Below are positions 26,201 through 37,820 of a stretch of 64,000 nucleotides of DNA, one piece after another. How positions within the stretch are numbered: position 1 is the first letter of the stretch; every line of letters begins with the position of its first letter. Origin of the DNA: Amphiscolops sp. MND2022 (Eukaryota). Both the position numbers and the translations under genes were made by a program. A model generated the notes under the pieces. The model searched no databases and was not told where the DNA came from. It saw nothing but the letters and a program-made list of their open reading frames with translations. The stretch is from NCBI GenBank assembly GCA_964187785.1, contig OZ076409.1:83764001-83828000 (forward strand), in the 5' to 3' direction.

Positions 26201-29200
26201 ACACAACAAACAACCAACAGTCAATGCGACTACACAAACAAAAAATGAAGAGTGGATAGACACACCTGATACCAATCTTACCGCTGCACTCTGGAAAACT
26301 GAATTCGCAATTGCCGAATTTGAACAGCAAAACCGTAGTCTGAATATCGAACTAGCCAACTTAAAGAAAGAATGCCCTCTGCTCTGCCAATCGATCACAA
26401 GCAATGGCTAAAGAGAATGCAACTCGAGCAGAATTTAAGTTAGAGATCTCCGAAAGAGTAACATCAGACCTTTTCGATGAGAACAAGGAACTGAAGAGCC
26501 AAATCGAAGAAGCGACCTCCAAAGCGGAGTCACTTCAAAGTCAACTCTTGGAGTCCAACAAAACAAACATTCTTCTCAAAGAAAAACTTGATGCCTTCGA
26601 TGAGGCAAATAAACAGTTCAAGGAGATCCTTGATAAAAAGGACACCAGGCTCAAAGACCAAGCTAACATCGACAAATTGATCAAACAACTGCAAATAATG
26701 AGAGTCGAGATTGACATTCAACGTGCAGAGGCTATCCAGTTAATCCAAGCAGTAGATGGGAAACAATATGAAAAATTAGAAAAATGCCTACACGCCCTGT
26801 TAACCCATGCAGACCACTGGGATTGGCAACAGTATGAGAAGTATTCCATATTTAACCTAAAACGAGGAAATGTAAAAGCCAGACTATCAACTGTATACTA
26901 CCCCATCGCCTATAACTTCGACAAGGATCCAGAATGGAAAACCAAATGCACTAGACTACCCTGGCCTGTCAACACGAAACAAGTCCCAACCGGAAAGAAT
27001 CATTAAAAGCCCCTATAAACTGCTCTTCAACAAAAACTGAAACTCTTTTAACATGATAATTTGCTTAAACATTTAACTTTTAAAATTTCTTTACCTTAAC
27101 GTAAACTTTACATAAAGCTTTACCCATTATTCATTATATCCATTTTATAACCATTATACCCATTAATTGATTTTGGTATTACGACTAATGCAGTCTCCTC
27201 TGTCAACTGGGGTGAGTTGTAGCAATGCGCTATTTCTAATTTAGTTCATTTTCCCAACAGAGGAAATTGACTCAGAGACATAATAATTTCCAAAGCGGAA
27301 TTATTAGAGCATTTTATTTTCTAAGCGAATAGCAACGCGCTAAAAGGAAATTGGAATTCCCAAATTCCTTTAATGCTCAGCCAATAGGAAAAAGCCACGG
27401 GACAGTAGAACTGTCCTGAGCTGGAAAGAGAAATACAGGTACCCATTCCAACGCGGAACACTGAGAATTCACTCGCTCTCTTCTCTTCTCTTTCTTTCCT
27501 TACTTTGCTCTCTGACTTAAAACTCTCCCTAAAATTCAGCTGACAAAGAGTCCTGAATTTTAACTTAGAAATATTCTAAAGTCTGAAAAGCTCGACTTAG
27601 AAAATTATTCTATCTTATAAACACCCCACTTCTAATTTACCTTCACTTTATAACAATTTTTTGAGACCTATTGCAAAGTTGGAAAGCGAGTCCTAAGTAA
27701 CTAAAATCACCGGTTTACAACACTTTCATGAATTTGAATACAGTAACGCAATCTTCCATGAAAGGACACTTCATGTTGAGTCTTCACCTTTTTATACAGG
27801 AGCCAATCGGTGCTTCGCAAACACTCATGACATAATATCGCAGAAAAATTCGCCATTTTTGGATCACATCGAAAAATGAAGTTTTAACATAATTCATGAT
27901 CCAAATTTTTAAAAATGCTAAATTTGCATTAGCCGTGAAATATTGTGTGAATCATCGAGATAGAATTTCCCGAAATACAAATAAAAGCTATACTAAAAGT
28001 GTTCTCATTTTTGATGGTTTGTTATTTTTACTCGGCGTTTTCGAAGAAAAAGCACGACTCTTACAGTGGCTAGTTTTTTTTCGTCAGTTCAACGCGATCG
28101 GTCCACTTTTTTTGTTCATTTGTTCAACTTCTTGGCCGAGAGGTTAACCCGGATTTTCTGGGTCTGAGAAGCAGGAGAGCGTGGATTCGGGTCTCGCACT
28201 AAACCACAAATTTTTTATGCTTCCAAAAGTAGAGGGGAGACCAAAGGGTCCCCCTTTGCGGTTTTCTTGGCACTATGCGACATTTTTCCGAAAATTTTTG
28301 AATTCTATCAAAGGGTACCCCCTTGAATTTTTTTGAAGTTTTCGGTTTGTAAAAAAACGTTTAATAAGCCTAAAGGGTCTCTTGGGTTTTTCGGCAATAT
28401 GCGACTTTTTTACCAAATACTTTTTTTGAAAAAAAGTATTTTTTTCCAAGTTTTTCCAATTGTTGTTCCTTGAATATTTTTGAGCATTAGATATGAAGCC
28501 GACTTGGGCCGTTCCCGGCTTGTTCCCAATTAAAGTATTTGGGTTGAAGATGAAGTGGTTCGAATGTAAATCGAATCAGATGCTAGAAGATTCCAGGACT
28601 CATATCAGCTTTTACCGGCTTGTTGTGCTATTGATCGCAATCTTTTCATTGACTTTAGCCTACCGTTTTGCATTGAGAAAAACGCGCAGCATAAAAAGGA
28701 TTTATTGACGAACTTCAGAGTGAAGAACTAAGAGATTTATTTATTGTCGACGTATGTGATTCAAAATTCCTTACTCTAAAAATTTGTCTGGTTTAAATAA
28801 TAGGAGCACGGAACTGTTAGTTTTGATCGCTATTTGCAACCCAAAGTAAAAGCGGCCTCGTTTTGGATGTCACCTGCTATTGGAATAGCCTTTCAAGTGC
28901 AGCATCATTTGACATTATAGCCACAGATTCCGCTGACAAAATTTCTGGAACAAGTTCGACAGCGAAATCTGCGACACGCCAGCAAAATTCTGGCCTGCTG
29001 CCTGCATGTTGTCTAGTTGAACTTATTTACACGTAATCACACTTTCGCTACTCCGTTTTTTGCCTCTAAGAACGAATCATTCCTTTTATTCCACGCTACC
29101 ACTAATAACTACTCCCTTTCCGTACTCTGGCCTGAACTATTCCACCAGTATATACGTATTCTTCGATTAATAAAATTATGACTGTAGAAACAATTGGACC

Positions 29201-29300
29201 CACTTTTAAGTAAGTTCTGAGTGCCAGCACTGTATTGCACTTTCTGAGAGTCGAAGACATTTCCCCCAGCAGAGACACTTCGGTAGGGCTTGCCAGCCAT
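11214..29300 (-). CDS. C22orf23: UPF0193 protein EVG1 (C22orf23)-like, 6 coding exons, ~251 aa
   Basis: Exons 29300-29204, 15416-15354, 14726-14618, 13902-13631, 11786-11686 and 11327-11214 join in phase through GT-AG introns (756 nt). Translation: MAGKPYRSV...YSAGTQNLLKTMMNESKLTNFQQR...ALPTSCNPTSS...GGYEREKFR...DRFEELWDEINDRRDFLYNMEKLGQGKDYRHLIVTEISQKIREME. This matches recalled EVG1 motifs. The exon 3 donor is the least certain boundary. Confidence 0.85.
12390..12731 (-). mobile_element. Helentron-like family 1, partial copy
   Basis: Ends atagtcacgtttcatttcatgaagcgccgactaaaaa, like the end at 13553. Confidence 0.65.
12903..13553 (-). mobile_element. Helentron/DINE-1-like (HINE) family 1, full length
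   Basis: Hairpin gccgg-ga-ccggc with subterminal IR agtcggcgc at one end; agtcgcg...gcgccgact plus an A run at the other. No TSD. Almost identical to 40479-41006 apart from an internal duplication of about 120 bp. Confidence 0.75.
15498..16002 (+). repeat. 5' LTR
   Basis: tgtagcaatg...gtttacaaca; direct repeat of 27218-27722. Confidence 0.95.
16664..17765 (+). pseudogene. gag: gag (capsid plus CCHC zinc knuckle), disrupted
   Basis: Three ORF pieces joined across an in-frame TGA at 16880-16882 (probably from TGG) and a frameshift near 17340. Contains the knuckle CNYCKKSGHTIKYC. Confidence 0.85.
17747..22686 (+). CDS. pol: Pol polyprotein (protease, RT, RNase H, integrase); frameshift near 22300 before a Ser/Pro-rich tail
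   Basis: 1520-aa ORF containing DTGATCSII, YIDD, HVDSSSIGTG, H-x5-H...CLIC, integrase core (HIDHKGP, VYDRGTSF, NGKVE) and GPY. It continues in ORF 22306-22686. Confidence 0.95.
17756..17762 (+). promoter_or_regulatory. -1 ribosomal frameshift slippery heptamer T TTA AAC at the gag/pol overlap
   Basis: gag ends cct tta aac taa; the pol frame reads ttt aaa cta, which is -1. Confidence 0.75.
22798..25148 (+). pseudogene. env: Envelope glycoprotein-like gene (~780 aa), class III fusogen type (chuvirus G / herpesvirus gB-like), two frameshifts
   Basis: Signal peptide MFYFILFLFPFSCAS; Cys-rich ectodomain with NxS/T sites; motifs YDC-x8-SL-x2-V-x2-C and QCELER...GSVAWLYHC...CYDRIP...FVDPIT...EIPC; C-terminal hydrophobic segments. 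Frameshifts near 24237 and 24855. Confidence 0.8.
25443..27006 (+). pseudogene. ORF4 of unknown function (~520 aa if joined), with a coiled-coil-like central/C-terminal region
   Basis: ORFs 25443-26411 and 26404-27006 can be joined by one frameshift near 26365 (LANLK/KNALCSANRSQAMAKE). It lies between env and the PPT. Confidence 0.65.
27218..27722 (+). repeat. 3' LTR
   Basis: Direct repeat of 15498-16002. Confidence 0.95.
28025..28524 (+). mobile_element. Helentron-like family 1 (subfamily b) with a tRNA-like module
   Basis: ttttactcggcg...cacgact at one end and gccgacttgggccgttcccggcttgtt at the other. Homologous to 32962-33562 (inverted) and to 33860-34339. Confidence 0.7.
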
Positions 29301-29969
29301 GGTCCATACACTTCAGCTGCCAAAGTATCTGAAAATAGTTTTCCAGTCTTTTTTCATGACTTCCCTTGTTCCATCCATATATTGTTGCTCTAATTCGAAG
29401 CGGGCTCAAAGGTAGCACAATTCTTCATCAATATTGATCTTGAGGTATGATGCAATACTAAGTAATAATGACAATTCATCAGCAAAAGCGTAATGGTACA
29501 TATGCGTCTCAGAGATTCGTGTACTAAAAAACTTCATGTATTCGAAAATGGACTTACGGTATTTAAAACTTCCGGATTCGAAGAAGAGCCGCAGCTATTG
29601 TCACTTTTTAGTCACTGACCACAAAAATCAAATGCGAAAAGCCGAAAATCTTTTGAACGAAAGTTTTGAATTAAACATGCACGAATAAACGATGCGGTTG
29701 ACATTTCGAAAGTTTTGGAGCCGAGTTGCTAATTGAATGTTCTAAATGCTCTTCAGAAAATATAGATTAAAGAAGAAACGTTCCACTTTCATTCGAAGGC
29801 GACGGGAAGCAGGAATAACGTCTAAAGCCAAGTTATGGTCAGTCATGCTTATTCCCAACCTTAATACATTGGACACACGATACACGTTATTCCCGAAACA
29901 CTTTTAGGCGTTATTCCTCAGACGTTATTGACACCACTAGAGTGCGGCTATGTTTCCAACATATACGAA

Positions 29970-30445
29970 AATAGGCCCCTCCGGGGCTCAGTACTATTTC
30001 TGCTTTAATCTTTATTTTTTTAAAACAAAAAATCATCAATAAAAGAATCATATCTGGAATACCAATACACTCCTGTTTAATCATTACTTAGAGCACAATT
30101 AATCACTGTACAAGTTTACACCGCCTTTAATTCTTCTCGGACTAAAGAAAATATAACTAAGCGTAGACGAAGTTTCGCATTCGCATTTGAATGCAGGCGA
30201 AGCTCTCAACGAACGAATAATTAACACTCATTCGCTTCATCTCAATGACGTCAGCATACGAATGGATAATTACCACTCGCTCGTTCTATCGCACTAGAAT
30301 TGAATTGTTGTCGGCAGCTTTCCCACGCTTACACTCACTGCCGAACAAAATATCTGAATTATTCAGTAGGACGAAATTTGACGACTGAAAAAAAAAAGGA
30401 CCAACTTTGAGGTTACAATAACATTCCTGCTAAAGCAGAAATATT
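29970..30445 (-). mobile_element. Helentron-like family 4
   Basis: Hairpin gcccc-tcc-ggggc followed by subterminal IR atttctgcttta; far end attcctgctaaagcagaaat. A second copy lies at 35325-35745. Confidence 0.6.
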
Positions 30446-30924
30446 AATAAGGGAAATCATATACCAATACCTATTTTTGTAATTAAGTAGCCAACTGGAA
30501 TTGTTTCACCAATCAAATAGGATACAAAATATTCAACAGAAAACACGGGCTCATTGATTACCAAAACTGCACTGCGCAAAATCATTTTCAATTTACACGT
30601 GAGATATTTTGAAGGCTATGCTTTAAAACTCGAAAGGAACGAAACACTAACAGCTCCCTGGTAAGAGCATGATTAATCTGTTAGTATTCAAGATTTTTCC
30701 TATGAAACTAATAAACCAACTTACAGCTGGCACAATTTTAAAAAACTCGGAACTAATTTTATTTGAATTCAGTATGAACCCATTTCTATAAAGGCTTGGC
30801 CCAAAACAAAATATATGAAGAGGTTTTTAAAATATATAGTAATTTGTCATAATATATTTGTCGTAATTGATGGAGGAATGTATGCTTGCTGACTTGGCCG
30901 ATATTTGCAAGAGTGGTTAAATGT

Positions 30925-32419
30925 CTAAGGCAAGTCGTGCATTTTTTGTTGGTCGTAGAGCCCTTGTGTACAACTGTGACATCGCAGCATTGTGTTGGCC
31001 GTCTTCCGCAGCAATTCCGCTATGTCTTCATCCGATGGTATAGTTGTCTGAAATTAACAATTTGCTCTTTCCCACGTAACTTCTCATTGGTCGAAAGCAC
31101 TCTTATTAGGGAACCCCTACTAATAGTGAATTACATCGACTAGTGAGTGATGTGGCCATGTATAAGCATAGTCTATCTACATAACCACCAAAAGTTATCA
31201 CTACAATTATCCCCGCACCCCTGTGGCACGTAATGGAATAATGTTTCATTTGGAGCCCTTCAGAAATAGAATCAACATAAGGGATTTTAGAATTCAGATT
31301 GTTAAAGGTTGCTGCCAGTTAGCAAATTGACAGTTAGCAAAAACTCAAGTAGAAAAAAGTTCTTAAAAAGCTTCAAAAAAGATCACAGACCTAAAAATAA
31401 GATGATGCACAATGCTATTCATTCTGGACAGCAGAGATGTCATCATGCACTGCAGATACAATAACTACAAACGTTTCTGATCAACTGAACACTCAATTGT
31501 CATCGAAGAAAATCAAGACCCATGAATTTTCGGCAAGATGTACTTCGCAACCAATATTGAATCATTCTGCTTCACAGGTTTCACCAGATTTCTGGTTGCA
31601 GAGCTATAAAATAATGATTGAAGCAACTTGGTCAATTGAGTAATGTTACCTCTTCGCCGGATTGCGAGGCGATCAAAGTAATAAGTTTCTGCCTGTAAGG
31701 GACCCCATGTTGCATCGCAAATTCTGCAGGCTTGCGCACCATGAACGGATGATAGCGTGCTAACGTCTTCTTGTAAATTTCCTGAAAAACAGTCCAACAA
31801 TGACTATTATTATGGTTGAATGTGCGCGATATTCGCCAAGTATTTTTGAAAAGTCACCATTTTAGTGCCTGTCATTTTACCAACAAGTTAAAAATACCAA
31901 CTCTTTATGCATGCATAGTCGTTAATTGATTACACACGTTCAACTTTAGTATACAATCATTTGCATATTTGCCAAGGTTCCGTTTTGAACAGTAATGAAA
32001 AGGTAGATACGCTCACTAACTTTGGTTAACCCCCCAATGTGATTATCACTTGTTGCAGCCAGGGCTTCAAATAGCTTAGCTATGAACTCCATGGCTCTGT
32101 GCAATCTAAGGACAGTTCTACTTGCTGATGCAAAAGCTGCAGTGTTCATCTTGTCTATCTTCAATTCCTTCTCATACGCCATTGCTTCCGAGATGACTTG
32201 GTACTTCTCACTGTTAGGTCCAGTGCAATGTCCATCTAAGATCTTCACTTTTTCAGCTACATCCCCAGCTACAAAAGAAAATATGGTACCTAGCAGAGCA
32301 AAAAAGTTAAGCAGTTCTCTGAATCCGTCTGCATAAGGTTGCAGGAGCACTCCTTCGTTTTCGAGGCACTTTTCGAACGAATCATTCATTTTGTCAATGT
32401 CGAACTTTGTTGTAGCCAT
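30925..32419 (-). CDS. CPTP: Ceramide-1-phosphate transfer protein / GLTP-domain protein, 3 coding exons, 217 aa
   Basis: Exons 32419-32021, 31781-31650 and 31047-30925, all phase 0, GT-AG. Motifs LGTIFSFVAGDVAEKV, SASRTVLRLHRAMEF, YKKTLARYHPFMVR and C-terminal MHDLP*. Confidence 0.88.
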
Positions 32420-32961
32420 GATGCAACCAGTGCCCTTCTTTGTTTAGAGCCGAAAGATCTTTCTATTGCAGTTTCATCGTCACTTTCATGTCTTGAATTA
32501 GGATCTGCCTCATTTGATAGTATTCATTAACATGTTCTCGCACATTCTGAAAAAAATGAAAACTAAAAGCAATTCCATTGCAAATTAAAGTTAAATCATG
32601 CCGAGAAAAAACCTGGATGCACAGCACATGACGTCAAAGATCAAAGCGACAAATACCGGCTCACAAAATTTAAAGTGATTTGTTCCACTAAAATGCCTTT
32701 CGGGGATCTTATCGAAAGTATCCTCAGCGCAACTGGCCATTTTGTGCGTATTATGCTTTGGAACGATGTCTCATCATCCAGTCGGGACCAACCAATTATA
32801 CTTTTCCTGAAAGTCATGAAAATTTCTAGGACCTGTGGAGCCACATTATTAGTCTGGAAAAGAAAACTCAGTGGAAAGGGGTGGACATGTAGAGATGATG
32901 AAATACAGTGCCAGGAAACACTCTTTGAGCTTAAAACGACTTCTTTCTAACTGAAAATATA

Positions 32962-33562
32962 AATAAGCCGGGAACGGCCCAAGTCGGCGTCATATCTGAG
33001 GCTCAATAATATTCAAGGAAAAACTCAGCCTATTGTGAAATTTTTCATTTATCACACAGTGCGGAAAAATCCCGAAAGGGTTTTCCCCGAAACTCGAAAA
33101 GTTTTTTCTGCACTGGAAACATCCGAAAAAACAAATTTGCCTTTGAGAAAAATTAAATTTTTTCAAAAAGTACTTGGTAAAGAAGTCGCATAATGCTGAA
33201 AAACCCAAAAAGAGACCCTTTAGGCTCATTAAACGTTTTTTTTACAAACCAACAACTCCAAAAAAAGTTTAAGGGGATACTCTTTGATAGAATTCAAAAA
33301 TTTTCAGAAAAGTCACATAGTGCCGAAAAAACCCAAAGGGGGGACGCATTGGTCTACCCTCTACTTTTGGAAGCATTAAAAAACTTGTGGTTTAGTGCGA
33401 GACTCGAACACATGCTCACCTGCTCCTGAAAGTCTGAAAATTAGTTGGCGAAGAAGTTGAACAAATGAATAAAAAAACAAGTGGACCGATCGCGTTGACC
33501 TGACGAAAAAAACTAGCCACTGTAAGAGTCGTGCATTTTCTTCGAAAACGCCGACTAAAAAA
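32962..33562 (-). mobile_element. Helentron-like family 1 (subfamily b)
   Basis: aagccgggaacggcccaagtcggcg ... agtcgtg...cgccgactaaaaaa. Confidence 0.7.
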
Positions 33563-33847
33563 CGAGGGGGACCCTTTGGTGAAATGAAAAATTTTCCGAA
33601 AGTAAGTGTCAAAAAATCCAAACGAGGGACCTTTTGCTTTTTACGTATGTCTTTCAGCTACGTATGCCATGTTAAAAAGAAAAAAAATTGTAAAGGGAGG
33701 TCCCTTTGGTTCAGTGATGTACATTTAAATATTGGAATTGAAATTATCATTTAAAATACAATCAATTTTAGATGGGTTAAGATTAAATGGAGCAATTTGA
33801 CTTGCCCATTTAAACTTTTAAATGAAAGCTATATGAATAGTCGTCAC

Positions 33848-35058
33848 CAGGAAGAATAATTGTCGGCGCCTTTTCCCTTAAGGAAAAAAGCCCGACTATT
33901 ACAGTGGGTAGTTTTTTCTTTTTCAGCCTACAATCTCACTCTGAATGGTCTTCCTTTTTACCATCTTTTGTTCATTTGTTCAACTAATTTTCGGAGAAGC
34001 AGGAGATCGTGGGTTCGATTCTCGCACTAAACCACAATTTTTTAATGCTTCCAAAAGTAGAGGCGAGACCAAAGGGTCGCCCCTTTGGGTTTTTTCGGCA
34101 CTATGCGACTTTTTTCCGAAAATTTTGGAATTCTATCAAAGGGTATCTTCTTGCACTTTTTTGAAGTTTTCGGTTTGTAAAACCGTTTAATGAAACTATG
34201 GCCTCTGAGTTTTTCGGCATTGTGCGCGACTTTTCTTATAAAACTTTTGAAAAAAATTTTCCAAATGTTTCCAATAGTTGTTCCTTGAATATTTTTGAGC
34301 CTTAGATATGGCGCCGAGTTGGGACGTTCCCGTCTTGTTTAAAGTCGGCGCAGTTGCCGGCCTAAAAACATTTGAAACGGCGCGAAAACGTCCTAAAACG
34401 GCACGATCGTGAAAAGCAACAATTAAGTGGTGAAAATGAATTTTTTCACTGTATTACCGAATGTTTATCATATCGAATAAACATAAGAGTGTGTTTTTCC
34501 CAGCATGTTCGGACGATCTTTCCTTTTTGTAGAAACGATTTCAATCCAGGATTATCTAATGCTTTAATGGGTAACCCTGCTTCAATCCAACTGTTAGATA
34601 AATTGATGTTAAAATCATCCTCAATGCGGTTTTTCCGAATAACTAAAGTAGATTGCTTCTTTGTTTTCAGTTGAACATTTTTCACATGTTTAGAAAATTG
34701 AATATGGGCGGTAATGCGGTTTGTCTTCGAAACATTAAATCCATAAGAACAAATTGTACAAATAACAGAACAGAAGTTTTCCTGTTTCTGAAGATTTTAA
34801 TACAAGTATTTTGGGCAATCGCAATTTTGGCTGCGCTCAGTGGCCCAACTTTAGGCATGATGAAACGATAATATAACTATTAAATCATGACTACAACTTT
34901 TAGTTACAAAAATCTCACCCACTTTAGTCAGTGAAATTCACTCATCATCGCGCAAACGTCAAACAAACAAAACAATTTGAAGTGATGAACGGCGCCAATT
35001 CGGCGGTAAAATTGCTTATTCGGTCGTAAACGGCAAGTGCCGACAATTCATCCTCCTG
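33848..35058 (-). mobile_element. Internally deleted hAT-type DNA transposon with 8-bp TSD; contains a Helentron-like copy (33860-34339)
   Basis: TSD gtcgtcac at 33840-33847 and 35059-35066. Imperfect TIR caggaagaataattgtcggc / caggaggatgaattgtcggc. Minus-strand remnant FNINLSNSWIEAGLPIKALDNPGLKSFLQK resembles a hAT/CGGBP1-type transposase N-terminus. Confidence 0.7.
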
Positions 35059-35324
35059 GTCGTCACCAATTGAACGCACCTGTAAATCGACAATGAGCTG
35101 TTGTAAATTCGCGAGTCACAATATCGTTACAAGTGCCTACATTTAATCAAATAGCAGCTATCGGTCTGCTTCTTTCGGTGAACCTTCCCTAACAAATGGA
35201 GGCATTTCAAAATAGTTTTTCGAAAAGAGCCATTATGGTGGTCATAATTAGTTTATGGTAGCGCCGCGAAAACGAATCTGGAAAAGGTCTCGTCCCGCGA
35301 GCGCGAATAATGACTATTTTTTAA

Positions 35325-35745
35325 AATAGGCCCCTGCGGGGCACAGCATTATTTCTGCTTTTAGGCTTTCATGTTCAATAATAGAAGCATATCCGGAATA
35401 ACCGAACAACGCTGTAATCATTATATCGCACCCAATTATTCGCTACCAGTTTAAACCGCCATTAAAACTTCTCGGACTAAAAATATGATTACTAAGCGTA
35501 GACGAAGTTTCGCATTCGCTTCATCTCAATGGATTCGACGTACCACTCGCATAATTACCACTCGCTCGTTTCATCGCACGATGAACGAATTGTCGTCGGC
35601 AGCTTGAGAAATTTAAATCTCACGCTTTTACTCACTGCCAAACAAAATTGCTGAATCTTTTTCAGTAGGTACTTGGATCACGAACACACTCGGCTGGAAA
35701 AAAACATCGCCTTCGGGTTTCTATATTATTCCTGCTATCGCATAA
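35325..35745 (-). mobile_element. Helentron-like family 4, second copy
   Basis: Collinear with 29970-30445, for example actaagcgtagacgaagtttcgcattcgc. Confidence 0.6.
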
Positions 35746-36590
35746 AAAATAAAAATCAGTTGATAACCACATTCTGAAATGCTATAAATGGCTCATGAAA
35801 TTTACTCTTATTTCAAGTAATATCTCCATAAATATAGCCCGTCACAACTGGAGATCTTTACAAAGAATATAACACGATTTTACATTGCTCGCGCATCTGA
35901 AATTATTAACTACTATCTAAACAGATCCTCAAGTTTTTAATCACCACTAATTAACGCATTGCCTTTTTTCATACTTTTTCGGGACTGTTGGTTCTAAGGG
36001 CAGGGACACGAAGAGCTGAAAAGCTCATTATCGATCCTCAGTGTCCGAAGATTCAATTGAAAAATAAGAATAATTGTATTTTTGTATTATATTGTTCAAT
36101 GGAAATGAAAACTTCAAACGTTGTGACCTCCGAATCTTCATCACCTAATTCAAATCTGCATTTGAATTTGAATGAACATCGCTGTATAGACCCGGTTAAT
36201 TCTTAGTCCAGAAGATTGCAAAAAGCGGACGTTAGAAAAAAGCGCCGACTAAAGACGCTCCGTATTATATCTAATATTTTTGGAAAATTTCTCCCTTGAT
36301 GCAATAAGCTACCATTCGGTCCAATTTTGGATCAGAAACAATTCGATCTAAAAACATTCAGCCTAAAGACTATTGAAGATTACTAATCATATCACGTATC
36401 AGTATCACGTATTTTCTTGCGACGGTACCAAGAAAGAGGTAATGTTCCGGGTTATCCAAAAGCTATCATGAAAAGCATACTCCACAAAAAAATAATTTTC
36501 TACAAAACTACTTTTGGTTGAGTCAAACTATAGGTACAGTAGGAGGTAAAATTAATCTAGCTAGCACCGTTCCAGAACTCTCCAAGATTG

Positions 36591-37022
36591 TTATGTATGT
36601 TTTTGTTCTATAGAGTTCACTGGTTCTGGGGGTTTAAGATTGAAACTTTCGCCACAGCCACATGTACCTGCAATATTTGGGTTCATAAACACAAATTCGG
36701 AAGACAGTTTTGACTCAACAAAATCCATTTCTGTTCCAAGTAGAGATAACTGTGCCTTAGAGTCAATTATAACTTTCACACCATCTTGATTTACTTCTTC
36801 GTCGAATTTTCCCTTGGTGTCGACGTAATCCATTGTGTAGGAAAGACCATTGCAGCCTCTGGTTCGCACGCCTATTTTAATGGCATAGGCAGAGGGTTCT
36901 TGTTTGAGGAGTAGCTTCAGTCTGTCGACGGCTGCGGGGGTCAAACTTATAGCTGCCCTAGATGCAACAGGGGTGGACCGCTGCAGGATCCTGACAGAAG
37001 TAGATGCAAGCTTGGCGGACAT
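36591..37022 (-). CDS. ISCA1: Iron-sulfur cluster assembly 1 homolog, mitochondrial (143 aa, single coding exon)
   Basis: RAAISLTPAAV...GVRTRGCNGLSYT...LLGTEMDFVESKLSSEFVFMNPNIAGTCGCGESF; first ATG at 37022. Confidence 0.95.
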   Translation of the reverse strand: MSAKLASTSVRILQRSTPVASRAAISLTPAAVDRLKLLLKQEPSAYAIKIGVRTRGCNGLSYTMDYVDTKGKFDEEVNQDGVKVIIDSKAQLSLLGTEMDFVESKLSSEFVFMNPNIAGTCGCGESFNLKPPEPVNSIEQKHT

Positions 37023-37820
37023 GAGCAACGGAAAACATCAAACTACCTGAAATTCAGTCCATTGGGAACACAAAATCTCACTTTCATCATAAAAATTCAC
37101 TTTTACAGAAAATTCCAAGGAGCATGACGCATTGTGATCAATGTGCTAATTTTAATCTGCCGAGTTGACCAATTTTCTTTTGGATATAGTAAGGTATATG
37201 CATTAGCATGAAACTTGCAACATCATATTTCAAGAAAATGAAACCATTTTCGAAGCTCGAGAATAACAAATTTTGAATTTTTTTTACTAATTGGATTTTC
37301 TGTCAGCCTACTAACAAAATTATGCCGAATAATAGTGGTCTAATTAGGCATAGCTTGAAAGCAGCAAGTCGTCATTCAAATACGACTTCAGAGACAGGAA
37401 AAATACAGCGGAGCATATCAAAGAAGTAAAAAACTCATTTGTACAGGGGATGAATCACTGTTATGTGAGAAAAAACATTCATATTAATATTTCAATTTCC
37501 AATCCCTTTTAGGACGTACTACTTGAATTAATTCATACGAAATTTTAAGAAGCACTTGCTTAAACAAGTGTACGGAGATTTGAGACGAATCTTATCTATC
37601 GAAACGCTCAATTCTGTTTATATTGCAATAAAATACCATTGCTAAAAAGAAACGTATCGCTAACACGTTTCAAAAAATACTACAAAATCAGCTTTCAATT
37701 CAGAATTTTTGTTTCACTTTCCAACAAATTGGGCAATGAAGCAACCCCAAAAACAACTTGTATACAGAATGAAATTCTTCCAAAACGAGAATTGAGTGTT
37801 TTGATAGAGATCCGCTTTGC

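Larger units (their letters stand above)
15498..27722 (+). mobile_element. Full-length env-bearing Ty3/Gypsy LTR retrotransposon (invertebrate endogenous retrovirus), 12,225 bp
   Basis: 505-bp LTRs at 15498-16002 and 27218-27722 (3 differences seen); 4-bp TSD cttt at 15494-15497 and 27723-27726; PBS tggtgcgacc at 16005; PPT-like tggggtgagt at 27208-27217. Gene order gag, pol (PR-RT-RH-IN), env, ORF4. Confidence 0.95.
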
